Shown here in pieces: positions 59,301-64,000 of a stretch of 64,000 nucleotides of DNA. The DNA is taken from the NCBI GenBank assembly GCA_000004985.1, contig GG738871.1. One strand, given 5' to 3'. This DNA is from Naegleria gruberi (lineage: Eukaryota). The position numbers were made by a program, and so were the translations under genes. Within the stretch, counting starts at the first letter, position 1, and every line of letters starts with the position of its first letter. The notes beneath the pieces are model-generated. The model was not told the DNA's origin. It saw only the letters and a list, made by a program, of their open reading frames with translations, and did not search any database.

Positions 59301-59966
59301 CGTTTGGTTGTAGATTATAACAAATTTTGGAAGGATGATTCATTGATTATTGCATTGATGGTTTCGACTGATAGAGGTTTCACACTTTCTCAAATTTCTT
59401 TCCAATTTTCCCCACCTTCTAACTTTGCTATGAGCCTTCAAACTGATTGTGAATCCAGACCAAAGCAAAATGGTCTTACATTTGCTAGTTTGGATCAAAC
59501 AAGACCAGCTTCAATTATTATTTCATTGTCTCCTCAAGATATTGTTTTGGGAACTCGTTTGGTTGGTCAAGTCACTTACTCTAATGAAAATAATGCACCA
59601 TCTTACTTTAGTTTGAATATTCCAATCGATACTGTTGATATTTTATCTGAATATCCAGATTTTGGTTCTACAAAACAATTTGCTGATGGTTGGAAGAAAT
59701 ATACACAAGAAAAGAAGAACTCTATTAAGGTTTCTGGCATTTTTGATATTAATCGTTGTATTCAAATTTTGAAAGAAAAGGCTAAAGTTTCTGTGATTCA
59801 AATTATTGACCTTGAAGTTATTGGTGTATGTAAGGTGGTTGGAAGAAACGATGTTGTTTTAATCCACAGCAAGTTTAATCCATCTGGTACAGCAATGATT
59901 ACTGTAAGAACTGCCAATCCAACTCTTACAGGAAACGTTTCTGTATTAATTAATTCAATTTTCTAA
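56336..59966 (+). CDS. AP4E1: AP-4 adaptor complex epsilon subunit. join(56336..56354,56485..56603,56649..59966).
   Basis: FFELIRGIGEAKSKQEEDKLILKEMAILK...[30 protein letters not shown] closely matches the human AP4E1 N-terminus. Intron 2 (45 nt GTACGT) is firm. Exon 1/intron 1 (130 nt, GTGCGT donor) is tentative. Confidence 0.75.
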
Positions 59967-60016
59967 ACTAAAATAAACATGTACTTGTAAACCAGCTTAT
60001 ACAATTATTGTTGATT

Positions 60017-61383
<1,367 letters not shown>

Positions 61384-61415
61384 TTTTTTTAATATTTTAT
61401 TCAATTTTTAATTTA

Positions 61416-61430
61416 TTTTTGGCGCCAAAC
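61416..61430. promoter_or_regulatory. E2F-like element TTTTTGGCGCCAAAC (GGCGCC 61421-61426) in the 70-bp bidirectional spacer between RBBP4 (ATG 61383, minus) and CWC27 (ATG 61454, plus).
   Basis: A single palindromic site is positioned 38 bp and 28 bp from the two divergent start codons. Confidence 0.6.
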
Positions 61431-61453
61431 AATTTAATTTTTCCACTTAAAAA

Positions 61454-62629
61454 ATGAGTCAAGTTTATTCTTCCCTCCCAAAAACTCAAGGTAAGCAAAT
61501 CATCATTTATTTTGATTCGGAATGAAAATAATATTAAATTGAAATTATTATAGGAAAGGTTATTGTAGTCACTGATTGTGGTGATATTGAAATTGAATTA
61601 TTTGCTAGAGAAACACCAAAGGCTTGTAAAAATTTTGTACAGTTATGTCTTGAGGATTTTTATAATGGATTACATTTTCATAGAATTGTTTCGGAGCAAT
61701 TTGTTCAAACTGGTGATCCAACTAATAATGGTGATGTTGGCGAATCTATTTATGAATTGGATGAATCAGGAAAAGGAAAAGCTTTTGAAGCAGAATATCA
61801 TTCAAGATTGAAATTTTCTCAAAGAGGATTAGTAGCTTGTGCCTCTCAGAATAACATGTCTGATTCTAGGTTTTTTATAACACTTAATAGATTGGATGCT
61901 TTAAATTTTAAACATACAATATTTGGACAAATAGTAGGAAATACTATTTACAATGTTCTGAAAATTGCTGAATTGGAAGTTGACGATAATGACAGGCCTG
62001 TTTATCCTCCAAAAATAATAAGAACTGAGGTAATTGTAAATCCATTTCCTGATATTGTACCAAGGAAAAAAACAGTATCAGATTCGAATATCAAAAAGAG
62101 AAAAAAGAAAGAAAATAAGAATGTTCTCTCATTTTCTGATGAGATTGAGGAAAACAGTGAAGAAATTAAACCAAGAAAGAAGGATAAAAAAGAGCATACA
62201 GATTCACAACAACATAAAGACGAGAAAAATAAGGTCATTGAACCTGTTGAAATTCCAAAAGACAGCAATCCACCAAAAATAGAGTCCAAAGAAATTCCAA
62301 TAGACAAAAATTCAAGAGAAACAAATAGGAAAGAAGAAACTGATCCTACCACCTCCACAGAAAATGAAAACACATTTGATGATGTTGCAAGCAGATTTTC
62401 CTCTTTAAGAAAGCAAAAGGAAGAACAAATCAAAACTGATTCTGAAAATAAGACGAAACAAGATGCCAAACAATATTTAAGTAATCAACTCCAAAAGTAC
62501 AAAAAGAAGTCATCTAAAGAGGACAGAGAAGCCAAAGCTTTAGAAAAGTTTGAAAGTTTCTCTAAATTGTTAAAATCCACTAACTCTGAATCATGGAAGA
62601 AACATGAGTTGAATTATAAAAAAGAATAG
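61454..62629 (+). CDS. CWC27: Spliceosome-associated cyclophilin-like protein CWC27. join(61454..61490,61554..62629).
   Basis: MSQVYSSLPKTQG|KVIVVTDCGDIEIELFARETPKACKNFVQLCLEDFY...HSRLKF..RGLVA..., collinear with human CWC27 and with its K/E-rich C-terminal tail. The intron is 63 nt (GTAAGC...AG). Confidence 0.85.
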
Positions 62630-62637
62630 GATTGTCT

Positions 62638-63670
62638 TTATTTCAAAGTTTTTTTCCGATTTTTGGAAGTTGGAGACCTATATCTATCCCTTTCGGTTGT
62701 TGGCCTGGAGTTTGATTCATTCCCCATTCTTTTAATGGATGAAATTAAGGAAGTATTGGATTTGATTAATGATGAACGAGCCTTTGATTCGAATTGGCTA
62801 TGATGTATCTGTGCTGTATTTTTAAGATTGCTATATCTTAGTGAGACTTGCTCAACCTCTCGATTTCTTTGTTGAATTGTTTCACTTCTTTCTCTTCTTA
62901 TTTTAATATCGAAACTATCAAGTTCTTGTTGTTGCTTTTTAAGTAAATGACTTTTCTTTTTTTCGAATGATGAGCTGTATTTAAGCATGAGCTTTCTCAT
63001 CTCTTCTTCTTGCAGCTTTTCAGCCTTCTTTTTTACCTATTTATAATTATTTAAGGTTTTTTGCTCGGAATGATGATGAACTACTTACAGATATTGCTTC
63101 GAAATAAAATTCTTGTCTTGCTAGAGTTTCCTCCATCATTTTCAAGGTAATTAAATCTCTCGTCTTTGGATTGTATTTACGTTCTATTTCATCAAAGAAT
63201 TTTTGTTCAAAATCCTCTAATTCTTTAGCATGCTTTTCAGCAAGTCTTTGTTTTGTATCGTCAAAGGATTGTTCCAGACCATTGATCTTTTCTTCCCATC
63301 GATCTTTTACTTCTCTTACTTCTTGTTCAAATGCTGAATCTATTTCTTCTCTTTCCTTTAATTGTATTCGCTTAATATTATCTATATGTCTCTTCTCATT
63401 TTGAAATTTTAATAATAACATTGCTTTCTTTCCTATTTCGCATTGTTCATATTCACCTCTAGCAAAACACATCCTATGATATTCTTTTAAAATTCTGATA
63501 GCCATCTCGTAAGTCATCTCTTGCGGTAGAGGTTCATGACTAAACGTTAGACTAATAATACCTTTTGCTTCCTCTTCCACCATCTCGAGTCCTTCATCAA
63601 ATTTATCAATTGATGATGCAACCAAGCTCCCCGAGAGCTTATTACTACGAAGTGAACTCGAAAAAGACAT
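62638..63670 (-). CDS. Hypothetical coiled-coil protein. complement(join(62638..63036,63089..63670)).
   Basis: Two ORFs joined at phase 0 by a 52-nt GTAAGT...AAATAG intron. The frame opens exactly at the acceptor. Charged coiled coil. An E2F-like site lies about 43 bp upstream of the ATG at 63670. Confidence 0.45.
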
Positions 63671-63707
63671 TCTCGTAATTTTTTATATTTTATTTCTGCT
63701 CAGAAAA

Positions 63708-63726
63708 CTTTTGGCGCCAAAAATAA
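63708..63726. promoter_or_regulatory. E2F-like element CTTTTGGCGCCAAAAATAA (GGCGCC 63713-63718).
   Basis: Perfect TTTTGGCGCCAAAA palindrome upstream of the minus-strand coiled-coil gene. Confidence 0.55.
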
Positions 63727-64000
63727 TCAACATGTGTCAATTAAGGATGAAAATTTTAAGTTTTATGGAAGAGACATATTCAACAAACATCATTCTCTTG
63801 GTTTGACAAAAGTAAGAAAAATTATAATAACGGTCAAACTATAAGTTCTATTCAATGGTTCGTTCTATCCATCTCAATCAACACTAATATCACTCGCCTG
63901 GCAATTACATAAAAAAAAACGAATATTCAATCTCCTGTTATTATCAAGTTTAAACCATATTTACAGTAAATACTGTATCTTATTTTTGTAAATTCTTAAT

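Overview
This is a compact, AT-rich (about 30% GC) eukaryotic nuclear locus, not a prokaryotic one. Conserved domains (AAA Walker-A, cyclophilin, VPS45, RbAp48, AP-4 epsilon, CWC27, ELO, TIM21) are interrupted by very short GT-AG spliceosomal introns of mostly 38-63 nt. Donors are GTAAGT, GTATGT or GTAGGT, and CTAAY or ACTAAA branch-like motifs lie just upstream of the AG. Reading frames reconnect exactly across these introns. The window holds about 42 protein-coding genes, roughly one per 1.5 kb. Intergenic spacers are 200-500 bp and starts sit in A-rich contexts (AAAAAATG). Stops are standard (TAA, TAG and TGA all used). Codon usage in highly expressed genes such as RPS15 is yeast-like (TTG, AAG, AGA, GGT, CCA, GCT). 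Gene content is typically eukaryotic: NCBP1/CBP80, HAUS5-like augmin subunit, KATNAL2-like LisH katanin, sideroflexin, NDOR1/Tah18, CCT-type cytidylyltransferase, a CH-domain formin, cyclophilins, ZNF598/Hel2, VPS45, an SMP-domain protein, RPS15, TIM21, an ELO elongase, AP-4 epsilon, RBBP4/MSI1 and CWC27. I cannot name the species. AP-4, augmin, KATNAL2, E2F-type sites and TM-RGS proteins argue against a Dikarya yeast and against a typical apicomplexan. The most notable observations are: (1) a bacterial-type CoA-disulfide reductase with a fused rhodanese domain, intronless and embedded among intron-containing eukaryotic genes, a candidate horizontal acquisition; (2) seven copies of a palindromic E2F-like element [T]nGGCGCC[A]n, all 20-50 bp upstream of start codons and nowhere else; (3) a head-to-head pair of paralogous two-TM receptor-like proteins with C-terminal RGS-like domains; (4) a formin carrying an N-terminal calponin-homology domain ahead of GBD/FH3-FH1-FH2; (5) a decayed cyclophilin fragment beside an intact divergent cyclophilin; (6) a candidate U1-like snRNA; (7) two same-strand genes sharing an ATGA stop/start overlap. 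Coordinates of ORF-track entries can begin at non-ATG codons (TTG/GTG were translated as M), so I re-derived starts where possible.
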